A stretch of DNA of 64,000 nucleotides from Macrostomum lignano (taxonomy: Eukaryota), in NCBI GenBank assembly GCA_002269645.1, contig NIVC01003202.1:47920-111919 (forward strand). The letters are read 5' to 3'. The notes beneath the pieces are model-generated. The model was not told where the DNA came from. It searched no databases and saw only the letters and a list, made by a program, of their open reading frames with translations. The position numbers and the translations under genes are program-made. Shown one piece after another: positions 63,992 through 64,000 of the stretch. Within the stretch, counting starts at the first letter, position 1. The number at the start of each line of letters is the position of its first letter.

Positions 63992-64000
63992 CTGCGAGAA

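Overview
Eukaryotic (metazoan) genomic DNA. GC-rich spliced exons sit in AT-rich, minisatellite-dense introns; this style suggests a free-living flatworm such as Macrostomum, which is an inference only. By hand tally about 37 kb of the 64 kb is tandem repeat, dominated by a 22.3-kb 46/42-bp satellite (12214-34514). Six genes can be reconstructed, all on the minus strand: (1-2) two tandem 3-exon paralogues encoding type-I membrane proteins (signal peptide, TSP1-like WxxW/RxRxC repeats, TM, Cys cluster, PPSY tail), one carrying two in-frame TGA codons at conserved Cys and Trp positions; (3) a 100-aa neuropeptide precursor (KR-GFRGSLRFGSNF-GKK) whose last codons are the first unit of the giant satellite; (4) a 4-exon, 573-aa SLC17/VGLUT-like transporter with Asp at the VGLUT TM7 Arg position; (5) a divergent secretin-family (class B) GPCR with no visible hormone-binding ectodomain; (6) the 3' part of an NFAT5/Rel-type IPT-domain gene with a 1-nt frameshift. 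Also present: a tRNA-derived CORE-type SINE and two MITE-like elements. Most ORFs in the supplied track are artefacts of repeats or antisense GC-rich exons. Splice models were derived by hand from GT/AG sites and phase matching and have no transcript support. Repeat boundaries are approximate.
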